64,000 nucleotides of DNA from an uncultured Planctomycetaceae bacterium (GTDB lineage: Bacteria > Planctomycetota > Planctomycetia > Pirellulales > Thermoguttaceae): the NCBI GenBank assembly GCA_963768195.1, contig CAVYHA010000001.1, positions 321,338 to 385,337 of the forward strand, written 5' to 3'. Position 1 is the stretch's first letter. Every line of letters begins with the position of its first letter. Of the stretch, positions 21,371 to 32,915 are shown in pieces. Under the pieces are notes generated by a model. The model searched no databases. It saw nothing but the letters and a program-made list of their open reading frames with translations, and was not told the DNA's origin. A program made the translations under genes and the position numbers.

Positions 21371-22183
21371 GTGGGGCAATTAGCAGTTCTATCAAGGTCG
21401 AAGGGGCAACACGCCGGTCGGGCGCAAGCGGCCGCGGGCGACGTGGCCCACGGCGGCGAATCGATCGGCGCGATCGGATTCGAGCCCCCGACGCGGTACA
21501 ACGAGCGGCTGGCCTACATCGGCCTGCTGGCCGCCGGCATCGCCCACGAAATCAACAATCCCATCGGCTCGGCCCTGCTGGCCGCCGAAACCGCCTTGGC
21601 CATCAAGGATTCGCCCGACGCCGGCGCGCACCTGGCCGCTTGCCTGCAGAACATCGTCGCTTCGATGGATCGCTGCGGGCGGATCGTACGCGCGCTGATG
21701 CGCTACTCGCGCGACGAGCCGGCGGAACGGCAGGCATGCAATATCAACGACGTGGCCGAACAAGCGCTGGACCTCGCCCGCCCCTATGCTGAGCGCCACA
21801 AGGCGGAGATGTCGCTGGATCTCGATCCCGAGGTGCCGTTGGCGCCGATGAATCCGCTGGAGATCGAGTTGGTGCTGGTGAACTTGCTCCGCAACGCCTT
21901 GGAGGCGGGCGACAGCGGCGTGAGAGTCGCGATGAGCACCGCCCGCAGCGACGGCGGCGTGCGCGTCGTGGTGAGCGACAACGGCTGCGGCATGAACGAA
22001 GAGCAACGGGCGCATGTTTTCGATCCCCTCTATACGACGCGGCGGCACGCGGGTGGATCGGGGCTGGGAATGAGCATTGCGTATGGAATCATCCAAGGGC
22101 ACGAAGGAACGCTGGAGGTGCAGAGTCAGCCAGGCCAAGGGACAACGGTGACGATCGACTTGCCGCAGGTGCCCGGTCAATGA
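21371..22183 (+). CDS. Soluble histidine kinase (HisKA + HATPase_c only)
   Basis: H-box LLAAGIAHEINNPIGS, N-box LVNLLRNALEA, and SDNGCGM, GGSGLGMSIAYGIIQGHEGTLEV. No TM or sensor domain is visible. Confidence 0.8.
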   Translation: MGQLAVLSRSKGQHAGRAQAAAGDVAHGGESIGAIGFEPPTRYNERLAYIGLLAAGIAHEINNPIGSALLAAETALAIKDSPDAGAHLAACLQNIVASMDRCGRIVRALMRYSRDEPAERQACNINDVAEQALDLARPYAERHKAEMSLDLDPEVPLAPMNPLEIELVLVNLLRNALEAGDSGVRVAMSTARSDGGVRVVVSDNGCGMNEEQRAHVFDPLYTTRRHAGGSGLGMSIAYGIIQGHEGTLEVQSQPGQGTTVTIDLPQVPGQ

Positions 22184-22650
22184 TCGGGCCGGCGCCGCAG
22201 CAAGGGGCAGCGAGGCAGGAAGGGATCGCCATGATCCGCGTCTTGATTGTTGACGACGACCGGTTCTTCGCCGACGTCTTGGCGTTGGCTTTTCGACTTG
22301 AGGGATATGAGACTTTGGTGGCGGCAACGGCGGACGAAGGCATTCGACTCGGCGTGGCACATAGCCCCGACATCGTGGTGGCCGATTGGATGCTTCGCAG
22401 CGAGCTCAATGGCGGGGAAGTATGCCGGCGGATATGTGCCGCGCGGCCGTACACCCAAGTCATCATCATCACCGGTTGTTCCGAGATCGTGTCACAGGCG
22501 GCTCGATGCTGCCAGGCCGTGGTTGCCGTGATCGAAAAGCCGTTCCACACCGAAGAGATCATCCAGGCCATGCGGCGTGCGTCGGCCGGCGCGGCGATCC
22601 CTGGAACGTGGGCAGAGGTTTCCACGATGCCGGCACCCGCGCCGGGCTGA
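22180..22650 (+). CDS. Single-domain response regulator (REC)
   Basis: The start overlaps the kinase stop (ATGA). RVLIVDDD, DIVVADWML and IIITG...EKPF. An alternative start is MIRVLIV at 22231. Confidence 0.8.
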   Translation: MIGPAPQQGAARQEGIAMIRVLIVDDDRFFADVLALAFRLEGYETLVAATADEGIRLGVAHSPDIVVADWMLRSELNGGEVCRRICAARPYTQVIIITGCSEIVSQAARCCQAVVAVIEKPFHTEEIIQAMRRASAGAAIPGTWAEVSTMPAPAPG

Positions 22651-22713
22651 GGCGGCGCCAAGGGCGAGTCGAAACTCACGGGCGATTTTCATCCATCGTG
22701 TCGAGGGCAAAGC

Positions 22714-23335
22714 ATGAATACGGCAACTCCCACCGTTTACATCGTGGACGACGATCCGCAGGTTTGCGAGTCCTTGAGCCTGTTGGTTCGCAGCGCGGGG
22801 CTCAACGCCGATACGTATCCGTCGGCCGAGGCGTTTCTCGACCGCTACCAGAGCGCCCCGCAATCGCCCCGGTGCATGGTGTTGGACGTGCGCATGCCCG
22901 GGATCAGCGGTCTCGGGCTTCAGAAGATGCTCTCCGCGCGAGGCGAGGACATGTCGATCATCATGATCTCCGGCTGTGCCGACATTCCCATGGCCGTGCA
23001 AGCCATGAGCGGCGGGGCCATGGATTTTCTGGAGAAGCCGTTTAGCCGCCAAACCCTGCTGGCGCGCATTCAGACAGCCATCGACCACGACGCGCAGCGG
23101 CAGCGACAATCGATTCAAAAATCGGAGATCGCCGCCCGGGTCGAGACGCTCTCGCGCGCGGCAGCGCGAGGTGCTCAATCTGCTGGTGGCCGGCAAGCAC
23201 TCCAAGCAGATTGCCGGCGAGTTGGGCATCGGCGAGAAGACCGTCGCCAAGCATCGCGCCGGCGTGCTCGAAAAGATGCAGGTTGACAGCGTCGTGGCCC
23301 TGGTGCGTTTGATGGCCGACACAGATCTCGGGTAG
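22714..23335 (+). CDS. FixJ/LuxR-family response regulator (REC + LuxR HTH); 1 frame break (~23155)
   Basis: VYIVDDDPQVCESL, MVLDVRMPGISGL and DFLEKPF. After the shift it reads REREVLNLLVAGKHSKQIAGELGIGEKTVAKHRAGVLEKM, with stop TAG at 23333-23335. Confidence 0.8.
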
Positions 23336-23528
23336 GTCAGGCACTCCATGCCTGGCGATCGCACTACCCGTGCGTCAGGCATGGGAGGCCTGACTTCCAC
23401 AATTCTGCACTCGGCAGAAAGCGATCGGCCGCTGGTTGACCGGCGAGCGCGCCTCTCGTACACTGTACGGCGTCAGCACGCTGCATATCGTCGCATCCCG
23501 CCAGTCCCTTCCTCCTTAGGAGCGCGCC

Positions 23529-26500
23529 GTGAGCCGTCTTTTGCACACTGCTTTGCCGTTTGCCGCCCTGTTGTTTGCGATGGGGCTTGCCGGCGCCGCG
23601 TTTGGCGACGAGCAGGCGGCTGTCCCGCTGCCGGAAGGAGTGCAGGCCGTTTGGGACCTCGGCAAAGCCTACCGCGAAACGACGCCCACCCGGGAGCGCA
23701 TTTGCATCAATGGCCTGTGGCGCTGGCAACCGGCCGCCTCCGGCGAAGCCGAGCAGAGCGCCGTGCCGCCCGCCGACCGATGGGGCTATCAGAAAGTTCC
23801 CGGCGTCTGGCCCGGCTCGCACGACTACATGTCGTGGGACACCGACCGGCTCTATCCGCATCCGGATTGGGCAAGGACGAGGCTGAACGAGACGAAGTTC
23901 GCCTGGTACGAGCGCGAGATCACCGTGCCGGCAGCCTGGAAAGACCGCGACATCTTCGTCGATGCCGCGTGGGTTCAATCGAGCGCCGACGTCTATCTCG
24001 ACGGCAAGCCCGCCGGCAACATTCCTTATCCGGGCGGCAAAGTGAACGTGACTTCGCTCTGCAGGCCCGGCGAGAAACAGGTCTTGTCGATCTGGGTTGC
24101 CGCCTTGCCGCTTTCGCCGGAGATGACTTCCTATTCGCATTTCAACGTCTCGGCCACGTCGAAGGCCGCGGTGGTGCGGCGCGGCCTGGCGGGCGACGTT
24201 TTTCTGGAAAGCGTTCCCGCCGGGGCCCGTCTCGGCGACGTCAAATTGGCCCCTTCGGTGCGCAAGTGGGAACTGGGCGTCGATGTCGGCGTGGCCAACC
24301 TCGACGCCGATCAAACCTATCGCCTCAACGGCGATCTGTTCGACGGCGACAAGCACGTCCACGCCTTCCAGAGCGACGCCTTCAAGGCGGACGATGCGGG
24401 CGGCGGCCGGTTCGCGATCTCCGCGCCCTGGAAGCCGCCGAAGCTTTGGGACACCAACGCGCCGGGCAACATGTACACGCTGCGGTTGTCGTTGACCGAC
24501 GCCCAGGGGCGCGTGCTCGACACGCTGCCCGTGGTGCGGTTCGGCTTTCGCGAGTTTTGGGTCGACGGCCGCGATTTCCGCCTCAACGGCACGCGTTTCC
24601 ACGCCTGTATTGCCCCCTACGACGCGCCGCAGATGTCGACCTACAACGCCAGCTACGCCGGCGCGAAGGAGTCGTTCTTGCGGCTGAAGGAGGCCGGCTT
24701 CAACCTGGTCTACAGCCACCATTACAACAGCCTGCCGGGCGCGCATCTGGCCTACGAGGAGATTCTGCGCGGCCGACGACGCCGGCATGTTGATCTCCTA
24801 TGCGATTCCCAATTCCTGGGCCGACTACCGCAACGAAAAGACGCCGACGTGGTCGATCAAAGAGCCCGCCTACTCGGCCCACGTCGCGTATTACGTGAGC
24901 CAGGCGGTAAATCATCCGGCGGTCGTGCTCTATGCCGTGAACCACAACTCGTTCTCGTATTCGGAGCTGCTCGATCCGGCACTCTTCCACACGTATCCCG
25001 ATTTCATCATCGATCCGAAACACCCGGGCGAGCGAACCGACCGCGACGGGACCTACGCCCGGTTGTGCGAGGAGGTGGTGCGGAAATTCGACCGCAGCCG
25101 GCCGATCTATCATCATGGCGGCAACGCCGGCGCGATCACCAGCCCGAACTGCTATCTCGATTTCACGCCGATCCAGGAAATCTCGGATTGGTTCGCCCTC
25201 TGGTCGGCCAAGTCGTCGAAGCCGTTGCTGTTGGCCGAGTACGGCTCGCCGGTCGATGCCGACTGGACGCTGTTCCGCGGCTATGCACTCAACGAAAAAG
25301 GGGAAGTGACTCCCAACGCGCAGAAGCTGCGGGCGGCGTCGCATTTCTACGGCAGTTGGCTGAGGACGCAGTACCACACGGCGGGCTGGAGCTCGCAACT
25401 TCGCGGCGACGTCGCCTATGACCTTACGGAGGAGGAAAAGGCCGATCTGCGTTTCGAGGCCGGTCAATGGCAGAAACAAGTCCCGTTCCAGTTCTGGCAA
25501 TACCCGGTCAATTTCAACAGCCAGGCGATGGATGCTCCCAACATCCGCGAGGTTCAAGCGATGTACATCGCCGACAACTGGCCGGCGTTCCGCGCCCTGG
25601 GAATCTCCGGCGTTTGCACCTGGTACTATACGGAGTTGTTCCAATTGAAGCCGGCCGCCCAGCGCCATGAGCAACCGGAGACGCACAGGGAGGGCGGCGT
25701 CGAGATTCCGTCCCTGCCCCTGGCGGTCGACTGGCAACGGCTGCAAAGACCGGGCTACAGCCCCGATTGGCAAAACGCGCCCGAATCGAACGGCGAGTTG
25801 AATCGTCCCTATTCGCACAGCCGCGACGCTTGGCGCGAAATGCCCTATCTGGGAAAGGCGTGGCTCCGCGCCACCCGCCCGGCCCTGGCCTATCTGGCCG
25901 GAAAACCGGCCCATTTCACGGGCAAAGATCACAACTTCTATCCCGGCGAGACGATCGAAAAACAGATCATCGTCATCAACGACTCCCGCGCTCCGCTCAG
26001 GGCCGATTGCCGGTGGAAGCTGGCGCTGCCCACGGCCGAGGGCGGGCAAAAACAGGTCCAAGTGGAGACGGGTGAGCAGGTGCGAGTACCGCTGCGGTTC
26101 GCCCTGCCCGAAGACGCCAGGCCGGGCGAATATGAACTGAGCCTCACGGCCACGTTCGACACGGGCGAAGTCCAGCAGAACCAGTTTGCGATCCATGTGC
26201 TGCCGCGGCCCGGCAACCGCAATCCGGCGCTGAAAATCGCGCTGTTCGATCCGGCCGGAATGACCAGGAAGACGCTTGCGGGCCTGGGCGTGCCGTTTTC
26301 GGAAGTCGCGGCGGATGCCAGGCCCGCGGCCGGCACGCTGCTGGTGATCGGCAAGAACGCCTTGACCATCGATGGCCCCGCGCCTGACCTGACGGCCGTG
26401 CGCGACGGTTTGAAGGTGATCGTGTTCGAGCAGGACGCGGCCGCCTTGGAGTGGCGGTTGGGATTCCGCCGCCAGGAGTTCGGGCTGCGAAACGTCTTCC

Positions 26501-27669
26501 CCCGCCTGCTGAACCATCCCCTGCTGGCCGGCTTGGATGCCAAGCATTGGTGGAACTGGCGGGGCGAGTCGGGCGCCGGCATGTCGGAGTTGGAAAAGCG
26601 ATATTACTCGCGGTGGTGGAAGTTCGCATCGGAGCTGTACACCGAATGGTGCGGCCTGAGCGAGAACCGGCTCTGGCGCGGCACGACCTACGGCGCCGTG
26701 TCGTCCGTCTTCATCGAGAAACCGGCCTTGGGCGACTTCCTGCCGATCGTCGAAGGCGGCTTCAGCCTTCAGTTCGCGCCGCTGATGGAATATCGCGAGG
26801 GCAAAGGCATGGTGCTGTTTTGCCAACTCGACGTAAGCCATCGCAGCGAGCCCGATCCGGCAGCGGAGACGCTCGTCCACAACATTTTGGAGTACGCCGG
26901 CAAGTGGCAGCCCACGCCCGAACGCAAAGCCCGTTACATCGGCGAGGGCGACGGCAAAGCGCACTTGAAGAAAACGGGCATTGTCGCCGCCGACTATCAG
27001 GGCGGCGCCCTGGCGGCCGACGAAGTGCTCGTCGTAGGGCCCGACGTGGGGCAGAGCTTGGCGCCGCATGCCGCGGCCATCGCGGCCTGGCTGAAGCAGG
27101 GCGGCCGCCTCATGGCCATCGGACTGACCGAGAAAGAGGCCAACAGCTTCTTGCCCTTCAAAGTGCCGATGAAAGAGGGGGAGCAAATCTCGACATACTT
27201 CCCGGCACAGGATGAGAAGTCGCCGTTTGCCGGCATCAATCCGGCCGGCGTCCACAGCCGCCACCCTCGCCTTTTGCCGCTGCTGGTCGCGAGCCCCGAG
27301 GTGGAAGTGCTGGGCAACGGCGTGCTGGCCCGGTGTAAAAACATGAACGTGGTTTTCTGCCAGATCGTTCCGTGGGACTACGAGTTCCAGGAACTCGATT
27401 GGCGGCAGTACCATAACCTGAAGACCACGTTCCGGCATTCGACGACGATGCTCAGCCGGCTGCTGGCCAATATGGGCGTGCACGGCGCGACGCCGCTGCT
27501 TGCCCGGTTCGGCACGCCCGCCGCGAAGGACGTCTTCGCGCCCGACCGGCCGACCACGATGGCCTACGCGCCGCTGATCAAAGAAGGCGTCGAGGCCCGC
27601 TGGCGCGAGGGCCTCTATCTGGACACGCCCACCGAAGGCGACGATCCTTATCGGTACTACTGTTGGTAA
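23529..27669 (+). CDS. Large secreted glycoside hydrolase family 2-like protein (~1380 aa); 1 frame break (~24770)
   Basis: Signal peptide MSRLLHTALPFAALLFAMGLAGAAFG. GH2 N-terminal sugar-binding pattern WYEREITVPAAWKDRDIFVDAAWVQSSADVYLDGKPAGN...VLSIWV. TIM-barrel entry RFGFREFWVDGRDFRLNGTRF. ORFs 23529.. and 24787..27669 join. Confidence 0.65.
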
Positions 27670-27692
27670 AGAAACGAAAGGTGAAGTGAACC

Positions 27693-28505
27693 ATGCAGAC
27701 GAAGATGAGTTTCATTGCGTTTGGCGCGGCCATTCTCTTGGGAATTGCCATGGCGGGCTGCCGTGAAAGCAAATCAGAGAAATCATTGGACCGCGGCGGT
27801 GAGACCGCAGCCAAGAGCGAAGACGACAAGGCGATTGCCGACTGGACCGAGGCGATCCGGCTCAACCCGAAAGATGCCACGTCGTATGACAACCGTGGCA
27901 TGGCCTACGAGAAGAAGGGCGACCACGACAAAGCGATTGCCGACTGGACCGAGGCGATCGGGCTCGACCCGAAACGCGCTTTGGCGTACTACAACCGTGG
28001 CATGGCCTACGCGGAGAAGGGCGACCGCGACAAAGCGATTGCCGACTGGACCGAGGCGATCGGGCTCGACCCGAAAAGCGTTCCCGCGTACTACAACCGT
28101 GGCGTGGCCTACCAGAAAAAGGGCGACTTCGACAAGGCGATTGCCGACTGGACCGAGGCGATCCAGCTCGACCCGAAATGCGTTCCGGCGTACTACAGCC
28201 GTGGCGCGGCCTACGGGCAGAAGCGCGACTACGACAAGGCGATTGCCGACTACACGGAGGTTGTCCAACTCGACCCGAAAAGCGTTCCCGCGTACTACAA
28301 CCGTGGCGTGGCCTACGAGAAAAAGGGCGACTTCGACAAGGCGATTGCCGACTGGACCGAGGCGATCGGGCTCGACCCGAAATGCCTTCCGGCGTACCAC
28401 AACCGTGGCATGGCCTACGAGAAGAAGGGCGACCACGACAAGGCGCAAGCAGACTTTGCGGAAGCGAAGAAGCTTGGGGCCTCTGAACAACAGATGCCGA
28501 AGTGA
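27693..28505 (+). CDS. TPR-repeat lipoprotein
   Basis: Lipobox LLGIAMAGC. Seven nearly identical 34-aa TPR units: KAIADWTEAIxLDPKxxxAYYNRGxAYxKKGDxD. Confidence 0.85.
   Translation: MQTKMSFIAFGAAILLGIAMAGCRESKSEKSLDRGGETAAKSEDDKAIADWTEAIRLNPKDATSYDNRGMAYEKKGDHDKAIADWTEAIGLDPKRALAYYNRGMAYAEKGDRDKAIADWTEAIGLDPKSVPAYYNRGVAYQKKGDFDKAIADWTEAIQLDPKCVPAYYSRGAAYGQKRDYDKAIADYTEVVQLDPKSVPAYYNRGVAYEKKGDFDKAIADWTEAIGLDPKCLPAYHNRGMAYEKKGDHDKAQADFAEAKKLGASEQQMPK
27825..28436 (+). repeat. Tandem 102-bp coding repeat (6 units) inside the TPR lipoprotein gene
   Basis: GACAAGGCGATTGCCGACTGGACCGAGGCGATC... recurs every 102 nt (34 codons) with few substitutions. Confidence 0.9.
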
Positions 28506-28567
28506 CCGGCCGGAAGCTGGGCGACACGAAAGGCGAAATCAGGGGAACCGTCTGCAAAGAGACCTTC

Positions 28568-28729
28568 GTGGACAAGATTGCAAGCGAAGCCGAGCAATCG
28601 AGGGCGACCGCTGCCGTTGCCGCAAGTGCTTATCCCGTCAAACAAAACAACCCGCTGACAACGGTGGTCAACGTGTTGCTGCGAGTGGAGACGAGCGGGC
28701 TCGAACCGCCAACCCCTAGCTTGCAAAGC
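28568..28729 (+). repeat. 162-bp direct repeat, distal copy (att-like; contains the 3' 44 nt of tRNA-Ala at 28686-28729)
   Basis: Base-for-base identical to 33381-33542. Confidence 0.95.
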
Positions 28730-29616
28730 AACAGGAACCTCGTCGTAGGTAATAGCAGTAAAGCACTTACGTCAACGCCTTCCGCTGCTTGCACCTGTGC
28801 TTGCACCAGCGAAGCCCAAAACGCAAACACCTTCCGACCACAGGCTCGCGTGGCAGAATCCTCTCTGCCGGCTGCCAACCAAAGTGATCAAGCCGCCGCG
28901 TCTGTCAACCAAGTCGAATACGAGGGGGTCAACCAGGGTGACCTGCTGGCCTCACTTGCTGCTGTCATTGCACAGCTATCGTCAGCCGACCGCCAACGGA
29001 TCGCCGCGATGCTGATGGGCCACTGGTGAACGGATACCTGTCCGATGGATGCCCAATGGATACCGTTGCGTCGTGCAACCATGGCCCGTAGGGCGCATAG
29101 CGATTCACTGTTGCGGTTTCAGGCAGCAAACGACCAAAGCAGCCGGCCGAGCGAACATACGATGAAACGCGATGGCAGAGGCCGTCTCGGGCATGACACG
29201 CAGATGGCTTCTTGGTGGTTTGCGCGGACGATCCGGTAGACCGGCCGGGTGCAGTTCTGACCAACGGCGTGTAGCTTGGGACCAGACTTCGTCGGCTGCC
29301 TCGCAGTGCTTGCGGATCGCGTCTGATGCTTCGCCTCGCTAGGCCATCGTCTGGGTTGTCAGGTTTACCAGCCAACCCCAGTAGTTGCGTCGTTGATACC
29401 TGGAGTTGCCGAGTTCTCGTCTATTGCGTGGCCCCGCACTTCATGGTTAAGGCGGGCTGCCATGGAGAACGGGCTTGGCCGACCTGTTCTTGGCCCGATA
29501 CAATCAGAAAGCCTTGACGGATAGCAGAGTAATCCCACCGTGGCAAGGAAATCCGGGGCATCACTCTACGACGCTGTGAGCCTCCAACCACCGATCACAA
29601 TACAAGGAAAATAGTC

Positions 29617-30419
29617 ATGGACGACCCAATTGTTGCTTTCATTTCGGAATGCCTTCCGGCAATCTCAGGCCCTACTGGCACCGCAAATGCCCAAGAGACC
29701 GTCTTTGCCAAGCCGCTGGTCAAGCCGGGTGCCTTAACCACCAGCAATCACAAGCGGCCCCCGCGGCTGCAGAAGGCGCGTCTGCAAGCTGCTGACGCGA
29801 CAGAACCCCCTCCGGCATCCGAGCACTCTGCACGCCACCCCGACGAACAGACGTTGCGGGACGGCGCCTGCGTCTGTACCTCTACGGCATGCTGGCAAAA
29901 ATTCTTGGCCTCGGCGACGACATCGCCGGATACCTCGAATATTGCAACCGGCTTCTACAGGACTGTGGAGTTCCGACGGACCCCATTGAAACGATGCTAA
30001 TCGAGAGCTTGGCCTTGGTGTTTCACTGTGCCGGCCGCTTGCACGTCCAGTCAGCCTATGCCACGGAGTCCGATGCATCCACCACCTATGCACTTGCCGC
30101 CGCCCGGCTCAACGCAGAGTTCCGTCGAGGGGTTCTGGCTCTGGCAGACTACCGCGCCAAGCTGCACGGCAAGCAAGAAGATGGTGATGGCAAGCATAAC
30201 ACGCCAGCCGAGCCAGAGGTCAGATTGGAACCGTCCCGGCGCAAAAACGACAATGCGCCCGCCTTAGCGATCCGTGCCGAACAGGATTGCTCCTGCCCCC
30301 TTCATTCCTCCCGGAGTAGCTACGGGCTGGAAAAGAGCATGAAATCCTTCTGGACGCGTGTGCAAACCACAAGCCCCCGGGGTCTCTGGAGGGGAGATAG
30401 GGGATACCCTTCCCCATAA
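29617..30419 (+). CDS. Islet hypothetical protein (two ORF pieces, 29617..30000 and 29889..30419, joined by a frameshift)
   Basis: MDDPIVAFISECLPAISG... continues as ...MLAKILGLGDDIAGYLEYCNRLLQDCGVPTDPIETMLIESLALVFHCAGRLHVQSA. No family recognised. The 3' ~100 nt overlap the convergent GT gene, so the end is doubtful. Confidence 0.3.
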
Positions 30420-32036
30420 AATTGGCCACCAGTTTGTAATGGGACGCCATCAACGATTTGCACGGTGCCCAGTTCGCGTATGAACTGGTTTTGCAACAGT
30501 GCCAGTTCATTGATGGCCTGTCTCGGAATCTCCGCAAGGGGAATAACCAGAAAATCTCCCGCATGCAGGAGCGAAGGCGCTGGATACGGCACCCGGTCTG
30601 TTTCCGGCCGAAACGTGGGGACGACCTGCTTCATGCCCTCGCGTTCGGCATAGAACTGAAAGCCCCAATACCCTACGTACCAGATCGTCGCATCCGGTTG
30701 TATGGCGTGAATCCGAGTCGCCGCCGTTTCCGCGGCAACCTTTTCCGCGCGGGCCTCCAGATAATCCAGCCCAAAAAAGAGTAGTCCAAAACAAGCGCTT
30801 CCAACCGCCGCGATTGTGACCCCAGTTTGCGCCAATGGCTTGGGTCCTCTACGCGAGGCCAATCGGCCAACAAGCAAGGTGGCTGCAATAACCAGGCCCA
30901 TGATGCGTCGAACTGCCGGAAAAGGCGATAGCGCAAACGACGCAACGATTTCCAATACAAACCACAAAACGACAACGATGTCGTCCTTGGCTGCCGCGTC
31001 TTTGCCGCCCCCCCGCCCCTGCAGGAGCCGTGTTGCGACGGCGGCTAGACTGACGCAGACGACAATTCCCATGCCTCCATAAATGCCGTCGAGGATATTG
31101 ACAGCCATCGGATCGCTCGAAGCAAAAAGGGGAATTCCCAAGAACTGCGGAAAGAATGCGACGAGGGCGTACTGCATGGCAGCCAAGCTTACACCGACCC
31201 AGGCGATCCATCCGGGAAAGCGCAAGGCTAGCAGAGCCACGACTGCCAATAACGGAGCGACACAGCCGAGGATTTTCAGGAACGCGCAAGAAGCTCAGTC
31301 TTGGGAACTTGTGGCTTGTGGCTGAGGCCGTAAAGGAAATGGGATTCACCATAATGCGCTGCGATAAACACTTCCCAACCAATAAACACCAGCAGCGCGA
31401 GGGCCACGGCAACTGCCCAATAGCGCAGTCGGCCATGAAAAAACGCGTATGTCAAGAGCCAAACGGGAACAACAAGCCCCGTGTATTTGGTTTGCATTCC
31501 CACGCCGGCGGCAAGTCCAGCTAGCGCTGAGAGCCTCCACGAGGAGAGCTCGCAGGCGCCAAGAATAACGCCACGGCCGACAGGCCTAAAGCTAAAGCGG
31601 GGATGTCCAGCATGAGGTTGAGACTGGGGACAAAAACCGGCGACAAAACAGTCATGATCAACAAAGGACCGGCGACTGCAGATGCAAAACGGCACAGAAG
31701 GGCATCGAGCGCCATCACAAACAGGAAGCAAAAGGGAAATAACCATAGCTTCCATGCCCAGGGGTGCATCCCGAAGAGTCGGATGCCGGCTGCCCACCAG
31801 TAAGGAATCACGGGCGGCGCCAGCACATGATTGGCGGGGACCGGTCCGTTCCACTCCATCATGGCAAACCCGTAAGGGTCGGCCGGGTGCTCAGCGATGT
31901 GTGCGGCGATCTGATAGTAAGTCGAATCGTCGATATGCAGGGGTTTGAAAGCGTTCAGGCTTGTCAGAATCAGCGCAAGAGCCAGTCGCAGAAACGCCGG
32001 TTCATGCAACAGCCCTTTGCCAGTTGTCAGGTTCAT
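30320..32036 (-). CDS. GT-C fold membrane glycosyltransferase (family 39/83, PMT/ArnT-like), islet copy; about 2 frame breaks
   Basis: Three ORF pieces (31521..32090, 31276..31854, 30320..31249) join. Loop-1 acidic motif FKPLHIDDSTYYQIA, many TM helices, and GMQTKYTGLVVPVWLL. Start chosen at MNLTTGK (32036). Confidence 0.6.
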
Positions 32037-32046
32037 AGCACATTCG

Positions 32047-32274
32047 TTAAGGAACCGGGCTCGTTTCAGGAGCCCTCGTCCCGCAGTCATGCAGGACTGA
32101 ATCCGGGTGGGCCGCCTCGTGCTGGCCCGGCTGCCGCGATTCCCGAAAGAGAGTCCCCGCTGCGTACAAGGGAATCTGGGCCTTGATGAACTCCACGACC
32201 GACGGGTCGTTGTGTTGTGTTGCCAGGCGCAGCGCCGTGCGTGCCGTCTCGGTGGCCTTGGAGAACAGGTATGG
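32047..32274 (-). pseudogene. Relic of a TPR-protein C-terminal module
   Basis: Hand translation gives ...ATETARTALRLATQHNDPSVVEFIKAQIPLYAAGTLFRE. This parallels the C-termini of the chromosomal GT-C/TPR proteins (e.g. AVKTAEQALALATKQGKQPLAASLKAKIPLYEAGTPVRE). It is preceded by an in-frame stop, and its own stop lies 10 nt upstream of the GT start. Confidence 0.45.
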
Positions 32275-32915
32275 CTATTTGGTTGTCGTGGTCGTTAGAT
32301 CAGCACCTCCGGTTTTCAGGTCTCGTCAGTGGGGCCATAACATAGCCCCACAGCGGACAGTATATCCACTTTGTTTTGGGCTGGATAGGGGGGGATGTAC
32401 CCACCGTAGGTCACGCCGACGCCGACGAAGATGCCATCTTCTGCCGTACTTTTCGGCCACCGTATGGTTGCCGTAGCGTGCCTGCTACTGCGTGGCCTTA
32501 GCACATCATCATCGGAGACCAGTGAGCAAACCCCTGTAATGAGCCCATCGCTCCCCCCACCCCTTGCGGACCCCAAGGGAGGCGACTATGCTTGCGGAAG
32601 TGGAGATCAAGTTGATGGATATGGTTGCCGCTGAGCGCGAGCGTTATCCTAACGGATTCTACAAGTGGTTATTCACAATACGGAACAGACGGCAGCCGCC
32701 CAAACCAGACACTCCGCTTGATCGGGGAATCGCCTTGGTGGAATTGCTGCCTCCCGGCCCTCGGGCAGATGTGACGGCCGTATGGCCCTAGTGTACTTGG
32801 CTCGGGCAGAACTGGCCAGAGCCACGGGCCACGAATGCCTTGTTTACGACCGACGTGGGCCTAGGAGGGACCAAAGAGGCGTCTTGGTTGGTCAGAGGGA
32901 CAATCTTGTCTGCCG

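Noticed and set aside
27825-28436. Regular tandem repeats here and at 47063-47674, considered as possible CRISPR arrays
   Set aside because: The period is exactly 102 nt (34 codons) with no unique spacers, in frame inside TPR proteins. No cas genes are present.
29676-29690. Sigma-54 promoter-like TGGCACCGCAAATGC (GG-N10-GC spacing correct)
   Set aside because: It lies about 60 nt inside the putative islet ORF, with no downstream gene start. A single match in 64 kb is compatible with chance.
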